42,528 bases of DNA from a virus (IMGVR_UViG_3300020345_000002:1-42528); one strand, 5' to 3'; shown: positions 10,527 through 20,513, numbered from the stretch's first letter. Translations and numbers: made by a program. Notes: generated by a model not told the origin, from the sequence alone.

Positions 10527-11217
10527 AACGAATCCTCTTACCTGTGCATTTTAGCAACCATTCGTCTAATAAATCACGACTTGATAATCTATTTTGCAAA
10601 TGATGTAAAACAGTTTGTTCTCCTAAGTAAACACCAATATGATTTAATCCGCTACTACTAATTGACATTAATAACAAATCACCTTTTTCTAAATCTTCTT
10701 CCTCTGTTAACTCTCTAAAACCTGTCTTTGCAAAACAATCAACAAACATAGGGTTTTTAACAAAATCTTCTGGATCGTTTGGTCTGACCCAATCTATAAG
10801 TTGTACTCCTAATTCTTTTTTATACCAATCTCTGCATAAACTCCAACAATCAGTTACACCCCAAACCCATTGCCTACCAATTAAAGGTGCTTCATAGCCA
10901 CAAGGTTCACAATAACCCCATTCTTTTAAATTAGGTTGAACAATCCACCATTTAATACCAGATTTTTCACAAGAAATCTTATCAGCTTCACTAGGTTTTG
11001 GACTTGTAACAGGATGACTATGAACAACAGCAGTTATTTCTCCTTGATCTTCAGCATTAGCCCAATCTATAGGATCTAAAATAAATTGATCTTTAGGATC
11101 TACAGCTAAGTTTTTGCAAGGAAAATACTTTTCTTTACCTTTAATAACAACTAGAAGACCACAAGATTCTCTAGGGTCTTCTTTTATTGCGTGTTCAAGT
11201 GCTTTATCTTGCCACAT
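10516..11217 (-). CDS. Tail tip assembly protein (lambda gpK-like, JAB + NlpC/P60)
   Basis: PRESCG, VHSHP..PSEAD (JAB); [14 protein letters not shown] (NlpC/P60). Confidence 0.93.
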   Translation of the reverse strand: MWQDKALEHAIKEDPRESCGLLVVIKGKEKYFPCKNLAVDPKDQFILDPIDWANAEDQGEITAVVHSHPVTSPKPSEADKISCEKSGIKWWIVQPNLKEWGYCEPCGYEAPLIGRQWVWGVTDCWSLCRDWYKKELGVQLIDWVRPNDPEDFVKNPMFVDCFAKTGFRELTEEEDLEKGDLLLMSISSSGLNHIGVYLGEQTVLHHLQNRLSSRDLLDEWLLKCTGKRIRYAA

Positions 11218-11843
11218 TATGAAAAGAACGTACCAACACCAGGAAAATCTGCTGGTAATACTTGTCTTTTAGGTAATCGAACACCTTGTAAGTCGAAACT
11301 AGCAGCAAGTTCAAATTCAATAATGTCTCTATTTTCTGTTGATTTCCTATCAATAAAATAGACCTCATCAGGAAATGTAGCTGTTGGATCAGGTGTTCCA
11401 TGAGGATTATCACTAGATTCCTGACTTACAAGGCTGTCATTTTCCTGTAATAACTCACTGTCATCTTCTAATAAAATATCTCCAATATCAAAATTAATAT
11501 GATCTATATATCTTTCTAATGTTCTAATTCTTGTAACTTTTGCTCCTTCTAATCCTTGAGGTAAGGTCAAAAGTATTGTTGTAAAAGTTCCTAAAATATT
11601 AGATATTCTTAGTTTAGGTCTAGGAAGTTGCTTACCATTAAACTCAAATCCACTAGCTTCTATTGGCATCCTTGTATATTCAACACTATCAAATATAAGA
11701 TTGCCATTATTATTTTCACTTACACCATTATGAAAATAATAAGTTGTATTAGCACCATGAATTGTGGTATCTAGTTGTAGTTGAAAAAGTTCAACAATAT
11801 TACTAGGATTTATCTTCTGTAACTCTGATACAGGAGTAGCCAT
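11217..11843 (-). CDS. Minor tail protein (lambda gpL-like), cysteine-free
   Basis: [37 protein letters not shown]. Confidence 0.9.
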   Translation of the reverse strand: MATPVSELQKINPSNIVELFQLQLDTTIHGANTTYYFHNGVSENNNGNLIFDSVEYTRMPIEASGFEFNGKQLPRPKLRISNILGTFTTILLTLPQGLEGAKVTRIRTLERYIDHINFDIGDILLEDDSELLQENDSLVSQESSDNPHGTPDPTATFPDEVYFIDRKSTENRDIIEFELAASFDLQGVRLPKRQVLPADFPGVGTFFS

Positions 11844-12184
11844 TAGGGTTCAAATACTTGTTGAAACGTCATGTTTAATGTTGCTCTGCTTTTATAAGGT
11901 ATTGTTTTAGTCCATCTAGGGCATATCCATTTATATTGTGTGCTGCTGCCAGGAGGAGTCCAATCAAAAGAAGCACCATCATCTGCTCTAGCTTCAAGAA
12001 ATGTTTCTATAGTATCTGAATCTGTTTCACTGCATTGAAATGTCAAAGACCAAACATAAGGTTTTGTATTTAATCCAAATTTAATTCTGTGTTGGTAGCC
12101 ATCATTAAATTGAGCAACATTTACTTTTGGTGTTGTAGTTTTACGAGCTTGATAGCTTGGATTAATAGAGGGGAAAGTAGCCAT
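11843..12184 (-). CDS. Distal tail protein (lambda gpM-like)
   Basis: FNDGYQHR..GLN..IETFL..SFDWTPP..FQQVFEP. Confidence 0.92.
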   Translation of the reverse strand: MATFPSINPSYQARKTTTPKVNVAQFNDGYQHRIKFGLNTKPYVWSLTFQCSETDSDTIETFLEARADDGASFDWTPPGSSTQYKWICPRWTKTIPYKSRATLNMTFQQVFEP

Positions 12185-14112
12185 TATGAAAGTAAACCTC
12201 CAGGTCTTTTTTCTTTAATAAGTTCTGATTGAACAACTGCTCCTATTAATCTACCTAATTCTTCACCATTTGCTTCGTTTCCTTCAACAGATGTACCAGA
12301 AGCATCTACATTTACTACTACAGTTGCTCCTCCAAGTGCATGATTTGGTGTAACCGTACCTGTAACTCCTGGGGTAAATAGTTCTGGTCCACGTTCTCCA
12401 ACTAAATGAGTTCGACCAGCTTTAGCTATACCTCCATTAGCTAAAGGTTGACCAAAAAATTCATCATCAAAATCTCTACCAAATATATCTGTACCTCCAG
12501 TAGTTGAACCCCTTGAAGGAGCAAGCCCTCTATCAAATGGAGTTCCAAAAAAGTTTAATCCAATGCCTAATATTTTCAACTGTATTTGTTTAGCGATCAT
12601 CTTTGCAGCCATATCTAAAAACGCATCTGCTGTTCTATTAAATAAATTTGCCAATGCCTGTTGTGCTGTCATTGATCCTTTTACAATACCTTTAAATGAT
12701 TCTCCAAAAGCATCTCCAATAGTTTCGGCTGCTGTTACAACCATATAACTAGTACTTGTTAGTTTTCTAAGCTCTGCTGATGTTTTATCCATAGCGTTGG
12801 GGATAGAATAACTCATAGATTCCATTTCTCTATTAAGCTCTTTCATTAATTCCTGAATAGTTGGTAAACCTTCTTCTAATTCCTTAAATTTTTCTAAAAC
12901 TTTTTCAACACGAAGTTCCATTCGCTCGCTAGCATCTAAAAATAAACCTGGATCAACTTCTCCTAAATCAACCTGCCCAAAAGTATTTATTAAGTTCGTA
13001 ATCCGATAAATTTCACTAAGAATAAATCTTGCTCTATCTCTTAGTTTTATTTCCCTGGCTTGTGCTAATTCTGCATCAAGATTTGCTTTTAATATGGCTT
13101 TAGATACTTCAAGTTGTAAATTTTTAAATCCTGTTACTTTTGCTTCTCTTAATAATTGAATTTGCTGTTCAATACTTAATTGATTACTTGTATCCAAAAT
13201 AGCTGCCATAGCAGTTTTAGTATCATTAACAGCAGCTAAATTTTTAAAAGTATTTGGATTATCTCCAAAAATAAATGCAGCAGCTTGTCCTGTATCTCCA
13301 AATCTTGCAAATGCACCAGCCATTGCAATAGCTTCATCTTTGGTTACATTTAAAGCTGTTGCAAGTTCTCTAATATTGTCTCTGGTAAACTCTGCTGAAC
13401 TTCCAGCATTTCTTAATACAAAATCAAGTTGAGTTATTGATTTATTCATTTTGTCTTGTTGTTCTATAAACTGTCCGATTGCTGTACCTGCAATAGATAA
13501 AGCAAAACCAAATTGACCTCCTATCATTCCACCTGCTGCACCACCAATAGCACCACCTGTTGCTGCTGCACCTGTTTGCCCAAATAATAAAGGAAACGAA
13601 CCACCAATAATTCCACTACTAAGAATATTGCCCATATTGCCTTTTTGATATTTAGCGTTTTGTTGTTTGGCTTTTGAGTTTTCTTTAGTTGCTTTTGTGT
13701 TTTGATTTTGAAGTTTAGTATTTTGAAGGTACATACTATTATTCAAATCCATGCCTTTTGTTTGTTTATGTAAGGCAGCAGTAGCAGCTTTATGTTTTGG
13801 TGTTCCTATAGTTAATTGGTTTACATATTCTTGCAAAGAATCTGCTGCTGCCATCTGTTGATTAGCAGTTTTTCCAAAAACTTTCTCTCCTTTACTTACA
13901 GTTTCGACAAGGTTTTCCATGTCTTGTCTGTATTTTTTTATCTGATTACGAGCACGTTTTCCTCCTTTACCTCCAACATTTCTAGGGTTTTCTATATCAA
14001 TACCACGAATACTATCGACACTTTTTGCTAATTCCTCTGCTTTCTTTTTTGCCCTATCAAGACCAGATTCTCCTACGATATTAAATTTTATATTTACACC
14101 GTAATCAGCCAC
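12184..14112 (-). CDS. Tape measure protein (642 aa)
   Basis: Long helical Ala/Gly-rich ORF between the chaperones and gpM; ANGG..LVGERGPELFTP C-terminal motif; GTG start. Confidence 0.9.
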   Translation of the reverse strand: MADYGVNIKFNIVGESGLDRAKKKAEELAKSVDSIRGIDIENPRNVGGKGGKRARNQIKKYRQDMENLVETVSKGEKVFGKTANQQMAAADSLQEYVNQLTIGTPKHKAATAALHKQTKGMDLNNSMYLQNTKLQNQNTKATKENSKAKQQNAKYQKGNMGNILSSGIIGGSFPLLFGQTGAAATGGAIGGAAGGMIGGQFGFALSIAGTAIGQFIEQQDKMNKSITQLDFVLRNAGSSAEFTRDNIRELATALNVTKDEAIAMAGAFARFGDTGQAAAFIFGDNPNTFKNLAAVNDTKTAMAAILDTSNQLSIEQQIQLLREAKVTGFKNLQLEVSKAILKANLDAELAQAREIKLRDRARFILSEIYRITNLINTFGQVDLGEVDPGLFLDASERMELRVEKVLEKFKELEEGLPTIQELMKELNREMESMSYSIPNAMDKTSAELRKLTSTSYMVVTAAETIGDAFGESFKGIVKGSMTAQQALANLFNRTADAFLDMAAKMIAKQIQLKILGIGLNFFGTPFDRGLAPSRGSTTGGTDIFGRDFDDEFFGQPLANGGIAKAGRTHLVGERGPELFTPGVTGTVTPNHALGGATVVVNVDASGTSVEGNEANGEELGRLIGAVVQSELIKEKRPGGLLS

Positions 14113-14146
14113 AATAAAATCAAAACTTTATTTTAGTGTACCGCTT

Positions 14147-14335
14147 TTAGCGTTTTCTTGCTCGTGATTTAGTTTTTGCTTCTTGAATTGTTTTTTCTTC
14201 TATTTCTCTTTTTAATTCATAATATCCAGACCAACCTATTAGTTCTTCTTGTGTCATTTGTTGGCACAATTCTCGAACAGTAAGCCCTAACTCTGAAGCT
14301 AAAAAATATATAAAATGCCAGTTATTATTAGCTTT
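14147..14335 (-). CDS. Tail assembly chaperone extension (gpT-like), 62 codons, probably expressed by frameshift
   Basis: Manual translation KANNNWHFIYFLASELGLTVRELCQQMTQEELIGWSGYY...; no start codon at the 5' end. Confidence 0.8.
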   Translation of the reverse strand, partial: KANNNWHFIYFLASELGLTVRELCQQMTQEELIGWSGYYELKREIEEKTIQEAKTKSRARKR

Positions 14336-14681
14336 TTAAATCTGCTTTCGCTTCCTCCATTTTGTATTCAGATCCAGAATTTAACATTGCTAGTTGTATT
14401 TCTTGAAGGATAGAAGCGTTTACTTCTCTTCTTAATGATGCTTTATGACCATCTTGAAATAATCTTTTACCATCTTTATCAAGAGCTTTTGTAATTAAAA
14501 GACTTAAGGCAAAATCATCAGCAGATGAATTATCTCCAGACATAGCAACAATAGATTCTCTTTCTGCAAGAGTTAATGGATTCCAGTAGATTTCTAAAAC
14601 CACTTCATCTCCATCTTTTAATCCATACATATATTTTTGGCTTACACCAAATTTGTTCTTAAGCAGTTCAATCGCTTCCAT
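14328..14681 (-). CDS. Tail assembly chaperone (gpG-like)
   Basis: PLTLAER..KALDKDGKRLF; position upstream of the gpT-like ORF and tape measure. Confidence 0.8.
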   Translation of the reverse strand: MEAIELLKNKFGVSQKYMYGLKDGDEVVLEIYWNPLTLAERESIVAMSGDNSSADDFALSLLITKALDKDGKRLFQDGHKASLRREVNASILQEIQLAMLNSGSEYKMEEAKADLKS

Positions 14682-14709
14682 AAATTTATTAGATTGCTAT
14701 TCTATTATA

Positions 14710-15138
14710 CTAAGCGTTTGCTGAAAATTGACAAGATATTATTCCAATGAAATGACTTCTATCCTCTATTTCTAATGGAGTTGGACCGTTTATGTCTAAG
14801 ACTCTAGGTTTACAACTAAAAGTATCGGTATAATTAGAAGCATTCACAGAACTTAATCCATCAATAACAGCTTCAGAAATAGAAGATAAAACAGAAGTAC
14901 CTTTTGATTTTGGAACGTAAACATTGCATTGAATGACACCAGCATAGTAATCCGAAGCTGCTCCCTGATTTTGTAAAGTTGATTGGTTAAAATCTACACT
15001 CATTAAAATATACTTTTTACTTTTTCCTGGAGTTGTAAAATGAACATTATCATAAACCATCTCAACAGTATTATCTGCTGCTGCAACTGCGTCTGTTACT
15101 GCTTTTTCAAATGCTGCTCTTGTGTTTACTAAAGTCAT
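14710..15138 (-). CDS. Tail terminator / completion protein
   Basis: YDNVHF..GVIQCNVYVPKSKG pattern; neck-module position. Confidence 0.65.
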   Translation of the reverse strand: MTLVNTRAAFEKAVTDAVAAADNTVEMVYDNVHFTTPGKSKKYILMSVDFNQSTLQNQGAASDYYAGVIQCNVYVPKSKGTSVLSSISEAVIDGLSSVNASNYTDTFSCKPRVLDINGPTPLEIEDRSHFIGIISCQFSANA

Positions 15139-15149
15139 AACTAAAAATC

Positions 15150-15686
15150 CTAATACTGAATAATAGTTTTTGGTTTAACTGATCCAAAACCTTTTGTAGT
15201 ATATCGTTGTCCAAATCTTACTTTACCTTTATCGGTCATTTTTCTTTTTATTTTTTTCCCTAAACCACCTAAATATCTTTGTAAGCTGCCAGACTCTAAA
15301 ACGTATATTGAATAAACTGCTTTATTCCCAATATAAACAGGTCTTCTATAATTAAAAATTCTTTGTTCTTCTCCAATAGGAAATCGTGGTTCAATTTTAG
15401 GTTTTTTAGGTCTTGAAGATTTTCCTGTTTTAAAAAATTCTTCTGAGGCTTCTCTTTTTATACTTGCCCAGGGTTCATAATTTTCTACTTTATCTGTTGG
15501 AATAAGAGGAGTTCCCTGAATCTTCCAGCTAGAAGCAAAAAAACCTGTCCATACTGGCATTTTCTTTCGTTCAACACCTTTTGCTGATAAGTCTGTGTGA
15601 ACTTCTTGCAGTAACTCATTAAAATCTGCACTAATTTGACTATCTAAATCTTTAGGTAAGTCTTCTAATCTTCTAGTAACAGGCAT
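15150..15686 (-). CDS. Neck / tail completion protein (HK97 gp10-like)
   Basis: PVWTGFFASSW and IGNKAVYSIYVLE motifs. Confidence 0.65.
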   Translation of the reverse strand: MPVTRRLEDLPKDLDSQISADFNELLQEVHTDLSAKGVERKKMPVWTGFFASSWKIQGTPLIPTDKVENYEPWASIKREASEEFFKTGKSSRPKKPKIEPRFPIGEEQRIFNYRRPVYIGNKAVYSIYVLESGSLQRYLGGLGKKIKRKMTDKGKVRFGQRYTTKGFGSVKPKTIIQY

Positions 15687-16069
15687 TAGAATCGTACCAA
15701 AATAGCAAATAGATAAACCTGTCCGCCTCGTTTAGTATCAATATCAACTATTTGTGCAACTCTATTTGAACCAGCAAAACTTAATGTAATTTCGTCATCT
15801 AAATCTGCTTGATTATCTCCTATCTGATCTGGCGTTATATATAATCTTGCTTGTCTCATCTCTTGACCCGTTTCTTCTTCTGATTTAATAAAAGATATTG
15901 GAACTTTAATACTATAGCTAGTATCAGTTGTAGTCAAAGCTCCTGTTGAAGTGTTGTAAGAAGGAGATGCTTTTTTTGTATAAGTGATACTGTAATCTTG
16001 TGATGTACCTAATTGAGATACAACACTTTTAGCTGCGTTTTTAAATAATGAATCTAGTTGTCCTGCCAT
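15686..16069 (-). CDS. Head closure / head-tail joining protein
   Basis: YNTSTG motif, size and synteny. Confidence 0.6.
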   Translation of the reverse strand: MAGQLDSLFKNAAKSVVSQLGTSQDYSITYTKKASPSYNTSTGALTTTDTSYSIKVPISFIKSEEETGQEMRQARLYITPDQIGDNQADLDDEITLSFAGSNRVAQIVDIDTKRGGQVYLFAILVRF

Positions 16070-16599
16070 TACCCTCTAACTACCCTCATTTGATAAGATC
16101 CTGCTCCACCTAGCATATACGCTCCAAGATAACTTTGTAACCACGGGTAAACATCTAAAATGTTATTAACAGAACCAGTTCCCTGACTATCAGTATTATA
16201 TTTAACTTGCAAATCTCCTAGTTGTACTTCAGAAAAATTACCATCTTTACCAGTAGTACCAGTAATAGCATCTGTATCATTTGCCAAAGCTCTAGCTAAT
16301 TCGTATTGTGCATACTTAATCCCATTAGGAATTTTAGAACAAGCTAGTTCAACACCATCTACCTGATAATTATTTCTTGGAAATTTTAATGCTTGATCTT
16401 CATCGCATCTTTCACCATAAAAAACTAAAGTTTCAATCCATCTAGTAGCTGATATTAATGCTCTTTTCTTCTGATCATCTGTTTTGTTTGTCCAAGTCGA
16501 AGCATCTGGGGAGGTATCGAAGTAATCATTAGCTTCAGACAAAGTGACATAACTATTAGCTGTTTCACTTTTTAAAGTTGCGTTTATGGTAGCTGCCAC
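16069..16599 (-). CDS. Head-tail adaptor (DnaT-like phage family)
   Basis: ANSYVTLSEANDYF..ALISATRWI..QALKFPR..IP..IKYAQYELA. Confidence 0.8.
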   Translation of the reverse strand: MAATINATLKSETANSYVTLSEANDYFDTSPDASTWTNKTDDQKKRALISATRWIETLVFYGERCDEDQALKFPRNNYQVDGVELACSKIPNGIKYAQYELARALANDTDAITGTTGKDGNFSEVQLGDLQVKYNTDSQGTGSVNNILDVYPWLQSYLGAYMLGGAGSYQMRVVRG

Positions 16600-16632
16600 G
16601 ATTAATAAAGTAATTTAGTTTTATTGTAGCGT

Positions 16633-16667
16633 AAAGAAAAAACCCCACCATAAATTTGATGAGGTTT
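16633..16667 (-). terminator. Rho-independent terminator after the capsid gene
   Basis: Minus strand AAACCTCATCA-aattta-TGGTGGGGTTT followed by a T-tract. Confidence 0.8.
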
Positions 16668-16690
16668 CTTCAATGACCACCAATATAATC

Positions 16691-17773
16691 TTAAGACTTA
16701 AGACCGTTATCAAGTGGTGTGTTAACAAAGATTTCAACCATAGGGATGAGATCAATGTCATAAGTAGCAGACCAGTTAGATCCAGTACGAAGTGCTGAGT
16801 TAGCAGGGTTATCAGCAGCGTTGCCCCATTTAGTACCCATAACGTGATAAGTACTGTGGTAATCAACAGATAGAACATCTTGCTTAGATAAGATGTTTCT
16901 TTCAGCTTCAATTCCTAAATCCTGCTGTACACCTTCAAGAATTGTTCCTGACTTCATTAAGTAGCAACGGAACTCCTGACGGTTTCCAGTAGATGTTGGA
17001 TCGTTAGTGTTAACAGCAGAGTCAATAATAACTTTACAACCAGCAAATTCGCCAACTGCTTTGTCACTAATGCCAACACCGCCACCACCCCAAGTTATGC
17101 CAGTACCAGTCGATAAAGCAGAAGTTGAGAATGTCAACATACCAACTTGATAGAGGTAGTAAGCAACAGAAGGATGAACGATAAGAAGATCAAGCTCTTC
17201 TCCTCTTTCTCCTAACTTGGAACGAGCTTCTGCCATTGTTGCAGCAGTAAGATAGTTTGCTTCAGCAGTAGAACCAGAACCACCTAATTGCTTCTCTAAA
17301 CGATGACCATTTAAAGCAGTATGGAATAAACCAGTTAACTGCTCATATAAACGAACAGAGTTTAGTTTGTTGATAGCATCTGCAAGCTGATTTCTGATGT
17401 GACCCATTGGATCTTCACCAGCAGCTAATACAGCAATATCATCAACAGCATACGCAAAACCTCTGTGACAGATAGTTGCGATCTGTGTTCCTGTTCCAAT
17501 TTTCTGAGGTGTTAAATAACCATTAGTGCTAGTACCCCATGAGGAAGTACCATCAATAATTTCTTCAGTTGGAGATACAGGGTTAAATTCTGGAACTTGT
17601 ATTCTTGTACCACCTGCTCTTGAATCAAGAAGTGGGTTACGAACTACAGCACCAGACTGTATAAATAGACTACGTTCTTTGATAGCTTCGGAAACGTAAG
17701 TACTAAAATTATTTCTCTTAACGATATCCGCTAATAGGACACCGCCAGAGTAATTCTGAAACGGAGCAGCCAT
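16691..17773 (-). CDS. Major capsid protein
   Basis: 360 aa after the scaffold; FIQSGAVV, GEDPMGHIRNQLA, EARSKLGE, IEAERNIL..YHVMGTKW; followed by a terminator. Confidence 0.9.
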   Translation of the reverse strand: MAAPFQNYSGGVLLADIVKRNNFSTYVSEAIKERSLFIQSGAVVRNPLLDSRAGGTRIQVPEFNPVSPTEEIIDGTSSWGTSTNGYLTPQKIGTGTQIATICHRGFAYAVDDIAVLAAGEDPMGHIRNQLADAINKLNSVRLYEQLTGLFHTALNGHRLEKQLGGSGSTAEANYLTAATMAEARSKLGERGEELDLLIVHPSVAYYLYQVGMLTFSTSALSTGTGITWGGGGVGISDKAVGEFAGCKVIIDSAVNTNDPTSTGNRQEFRCYLMKSGTILEGVQQDLGIEAERNILSKQDVLSVDYHSTYHVMGTKWGNAADNPANSALRTGSNWSATYDIDLIPMVEIFVNTPLDNGLKS

Positions 17774-17805
17774 TCAGATTTACCTTTAAAAAGTTTTTTG
17801 CGATC

Positions 17806-17845
17806 CCCTAATCACAGATAAGGGCATTAGTTTCACAGAAACTAA
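17806..17845 (-). promoter_or_regulatory. Twin 19-nt hairpins with an identical TCTGTGA apex in the capsid 5' UTR
   Basis: On + strand CCCTAATC-ACA-GATAAGGG (17806-17824) and TTAGTTTC-ACA-GAAACTAA (17827-17845). Confidence 0.6.
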
Positions 17846-18580
17846 CTATTTTGTTTGAGCCTCTTGCTTGAGCACTGCTGCAAGTTGAGGATTCTCTTCT
17901 GATATTAGCATTTGTTGAGTGATATTGCCCGTTTTCCAGGGGTTTGGTTGACCTCCACCTGCATTTGCAACAGGACTTGGTTTTGCACCCATTCCAGCAG
18001 AGTTACTAGCCTTAAAATGATGTTCCCAACCACTACCAGGGTTTTTGAGACTTGTAAGATAAGTACCTAAATCTTGTTCAACACCACCATTAAGAACAAC
18101 AACTTTACCTTCAGCATTTTTTTGTAACTTTCCTTGTAACAATGACAAGGTTTGTTCTGCGTTTATCGCTCCAAGATTACTAATAGCTGCTAATGCTGTT
18201 GTTTTAGTGGAAGCTATTTCATTTGAAGTCTTTAAATCTTCTAACTGTTGTGATAAAGACATAATTTGTTGTTCTTTATCTTGTGCAGTTTTATTGGCTT
18301 CTTCCCAAAGAGTTTTCCATTGACCTTGTTCTTCTAGCTCAGTTTTACGTTTTTCTTCTTTTTGTTTATAGACATCATCTAATTTTCCTTTAATGCCTTT
18401 AAATTTTTCCTGCTCATCTGCTACTTGTTTTTTAAGTGCAGATAATTGTGATTCATATTCTGCTTTTACAGAATCTAAATTAGGTGCTTGTGGTTGTGTT
18501 GTTTGTGAAGCAGTTTCAGCCACGGGCTGTTCAGCGTTGGTCACGGACTCAGGCTGAATTACTTTTTCTTCGATTGCCAT
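17846..18580 (-). CDS. Capsid scaffolding protein
   Basis: Coiled coil with LEEQGQWKTLWE; Gly/Pro linker and NPWK C-terminus; directly upstream of the capsid gene. Confidence 0.85.
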   Translation of the reverse strand: MAIEEKVIQPESVTNAEQPVAETASQTTQPQAPNLDSVKAEYESQLSALKKQVADEQEKFKGIKGKLDDVYKQKEEKRKTELEEQGQWKTLWEEANKTAQDKEQQIMSLSQQLEDLKTSNEIASTKTTALAAISNLGAINAEQTLSLLQGKLQKNAEGKVVVLNGGVEQDLGTYLTSLKNPGSGWEHHFKASNSAGMGAKPSPVANAGGGQPNPWKTGNITQQMLISEENPQLAAVLKQEAQTK

Positions 18581-18583
18581 GAA

Positions 18584-18769
18584 TTATTCAGATAAAATGT
18601 TTGTGGATTTTTTCTTAGAAGTCTTTTTCTTAGACTCTGTTTTAGGTTGAGGTGTAGGAGCAGGACATGCTTCAGCACCATTACCTAACCTTTCAGATAA
18701 GCTTGGTTCTACAAGTTCCCACTTATAAGTTCCATCAGGTTGAAGAACCTTATCTAGTGATTTAGCCAT
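18584..18769 (-). CDS. Hypothetical protein (head module)
   Basis: ORF fills the portal-scaffold gap; Lys-rich tail. Confidence 0.6.
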   Translation of the reverse strand: MAKSLDKVLQPDGTYKWELVEPSLSERLGNGAEACPAPTPQPKTESKKKTSKKKSTNILSE

Positions 18770-18803
18770 AAAAATGTATGTACTTGCTTTCTAGTTTACC
18801 AAA

Positions 18804-20246
18804 TTATTCAGTTTTGGCTTCATTAGCACTTGGCAAAACTTCTCCCTGTACTAAAATATCTCTAAACTCTTCTCTATCAATAACTTGTTGATCGAATAAT
18901 GATGTTAAAGCTGTAATATCTTGTCCAATTAATCTTTCAATATCAAAATCTCTACTAATCTTTACTTCTGGTGGTTCTATACCTACATATTCAGCAGATA
19001 AATTAAATGCTTTTTGTAATTTCTGCTCTAATTCCATAGAAACCATAGCAAGCATAGAATTAGTATCTACTCTGTCTAATCTTCTAGCATCAGCACTTTC
19101 AGCTACAAACTTCTGCTGACTCAAAGTACTTATCCCCAAGGTAGCCATTTGCATTTGTAATTCTTTTATTTCAGCAGATTGAGCATCAAAAGCACTAGAA
19201 GCTGGCTCTACATAATAAACTTTATTTCCTGGCTGAGTTGCCATTGCATAATTAACACTTATAGCTAAATCTTTTGTCTGGTCATCATATCCTTCCATTA
19301 CAAGCATTGGTTGAGATGCAACGTGCAAACTATGTATTAAATCAGCTTGTCTTTGAAAGTGTGCAAGATTTAAATAAGCAATATCCAATAAAGGTGGTTT
19401 GCTTGTTAAATTATCTGTTTTACCAGCATAAATAGTAACTAAAGGTATTTCACCAAGAGAAAATTCACCTGATTCTACTAATTTAAAATCTTCTTCAGCA
19501 GTTGTAGCATCAAACTCTCCAGCATAAGAATTATCGTTAAGATCATACATCTCATCAATTTGATCTTTTCTACGAAAAACCTTATATCTGCCAGGTTCTA
19601 TAACTCTTACTTGATCATAAACTTTTTCTCCGAATTGACCATCAGGTAATACAGCTTTTTCTCCAATTCTTGCTTGTACAAGATTTCCATAATTAGATTC
19701 TCTATCTAATCTCCAACCATAAAGATTTAAAGGATCTACTTCGATCCAATATGGCCTACGATCTTGTGCTCTTTCTTCAGCTAAACTTCTTGCTCCAGAT
19801 GGTGCAGGATAATCAACAAGAATATGACTTTGACCATAAGTTAATGAACACATCAATATTCTTCTTGCATATTCATCTAAATCTGATTTACAACCGTCAA
19901 CATCCATTTTAAACATTTCTGTCCAATAAGGATCTCCTATAAGTGATATTGGTTTTCTTAAAACTAAACCTGTAGCTGCTCTTATTAATCTTTGTGTAAA
20001 AGGACTAAATACTGCTCTATTTACTCTTGCCATATAAGCGTCATAATCCTCTCGTGGCTCTAGAGGTAAAAACGCTTCACTATTTTCTCTTAAATATTCA
20101 GTACCTTCAGTAACAGCTTTCATTATTTCCCAACTCTTCATCATATCCAGAACGGCTCTTGTTCTAGTAAAAGGACTATCTATCCCACCTGGCGAAGTAG
20201 AAGTTATAATCTTTGTTTTTATTTTGCCTGGGATTGCAAAAGTCAT
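18804..20246 (-). CDS. Portal protein (DUF4055-like)
   Basis: LPLEPRE..Y..R..RA, ILVDYP, RPYW and PPLLDIAYLNLAHFQ motifs; size and position. Confidence 0.88.
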   Translation of the reverse strand: MTFAIPGKIKTKIITSTSPGGIDSPFTRTRAVLDMMKSWEIMKAVTEGTEYLRENSEAFLPLEPREDYDAYMARVNRAVFSPFTQRLIRAATGLVLRKPISLIGDPYWTEMFKMDVDGCKSDLDEYARRILMCSLTYGQSHILVDYPAPSGARSLAEERAQDRRPYWIEVDPLNLYGWRLDRESNYGNLVQARIGEKAVLPDGQFGEKVYDQVRVIEPGRYKVFRRKDQIDEMYDLNDNSYAGEFDATTAEEDFKLVESGEFSLGEIPLVTIYAGKTDNLTSKPPLLDIAYLNLAHFQRQADLIHSLHVASQPMLVMEGYDDQTKDLAISVNYAMATQPGNKVYYVEPASSAFDAQSAEIKELQMQMATLGISTLSQQKFVAESADARRLDRVDTNSMLAMVSMELEQKLQKAFNLSAEYVGIEPPEVKISRDFDIERLIGQDITALTSLFDQQVIDREEFRDILVQGEVLPSANEAKTE

Positions 20247-20513
20247 TTAACATCTCCACCTTTTTAGGGCTAACGCTTTTCTAGTTGGTCTGCCTTTTTT
20301 ATCTTTTAGTGGGCCAGGCATCCCACTCATCCTTGCACAAAATGATTTTCTTCTAGCTGCTCTTTTTCCTGTTGGGCTCTTCTCTGTTACAGGTGCTTTT
20401 AAATTACTACCTGTAGCACGATTGTATTTAGCTCGACCTTTGGCAGTAAGTCCTCCTTTACGAGATTTTTCACCCCGTCCAACAGATAAACTTACTCCCT
20501 TTTTTCTAGGCAT
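20247..20513 (-). CDS. Small, highly basic phage protein
   Basis: GGLTAKGRAKYN..GSNLKAPV..RRKSFCARM; Lys/Arg-rich. Confidence 0.75.
   Translation of the reverse strand: MPRKKGVSLSVGRGEKSRKGGLTAKGRAKYNRATGSNLKAPVTEKSPTGKRAARRKSFCARMSGMPGPLKDKKGRPTRKALALKRWRC

Noticed and set aside
14334-14340. Canonical -1 slippery heptamer T TTA AAA
   Set aside because: The -1 frame stops after about 11 codons; the gpT-like sequence is in the +1 frame
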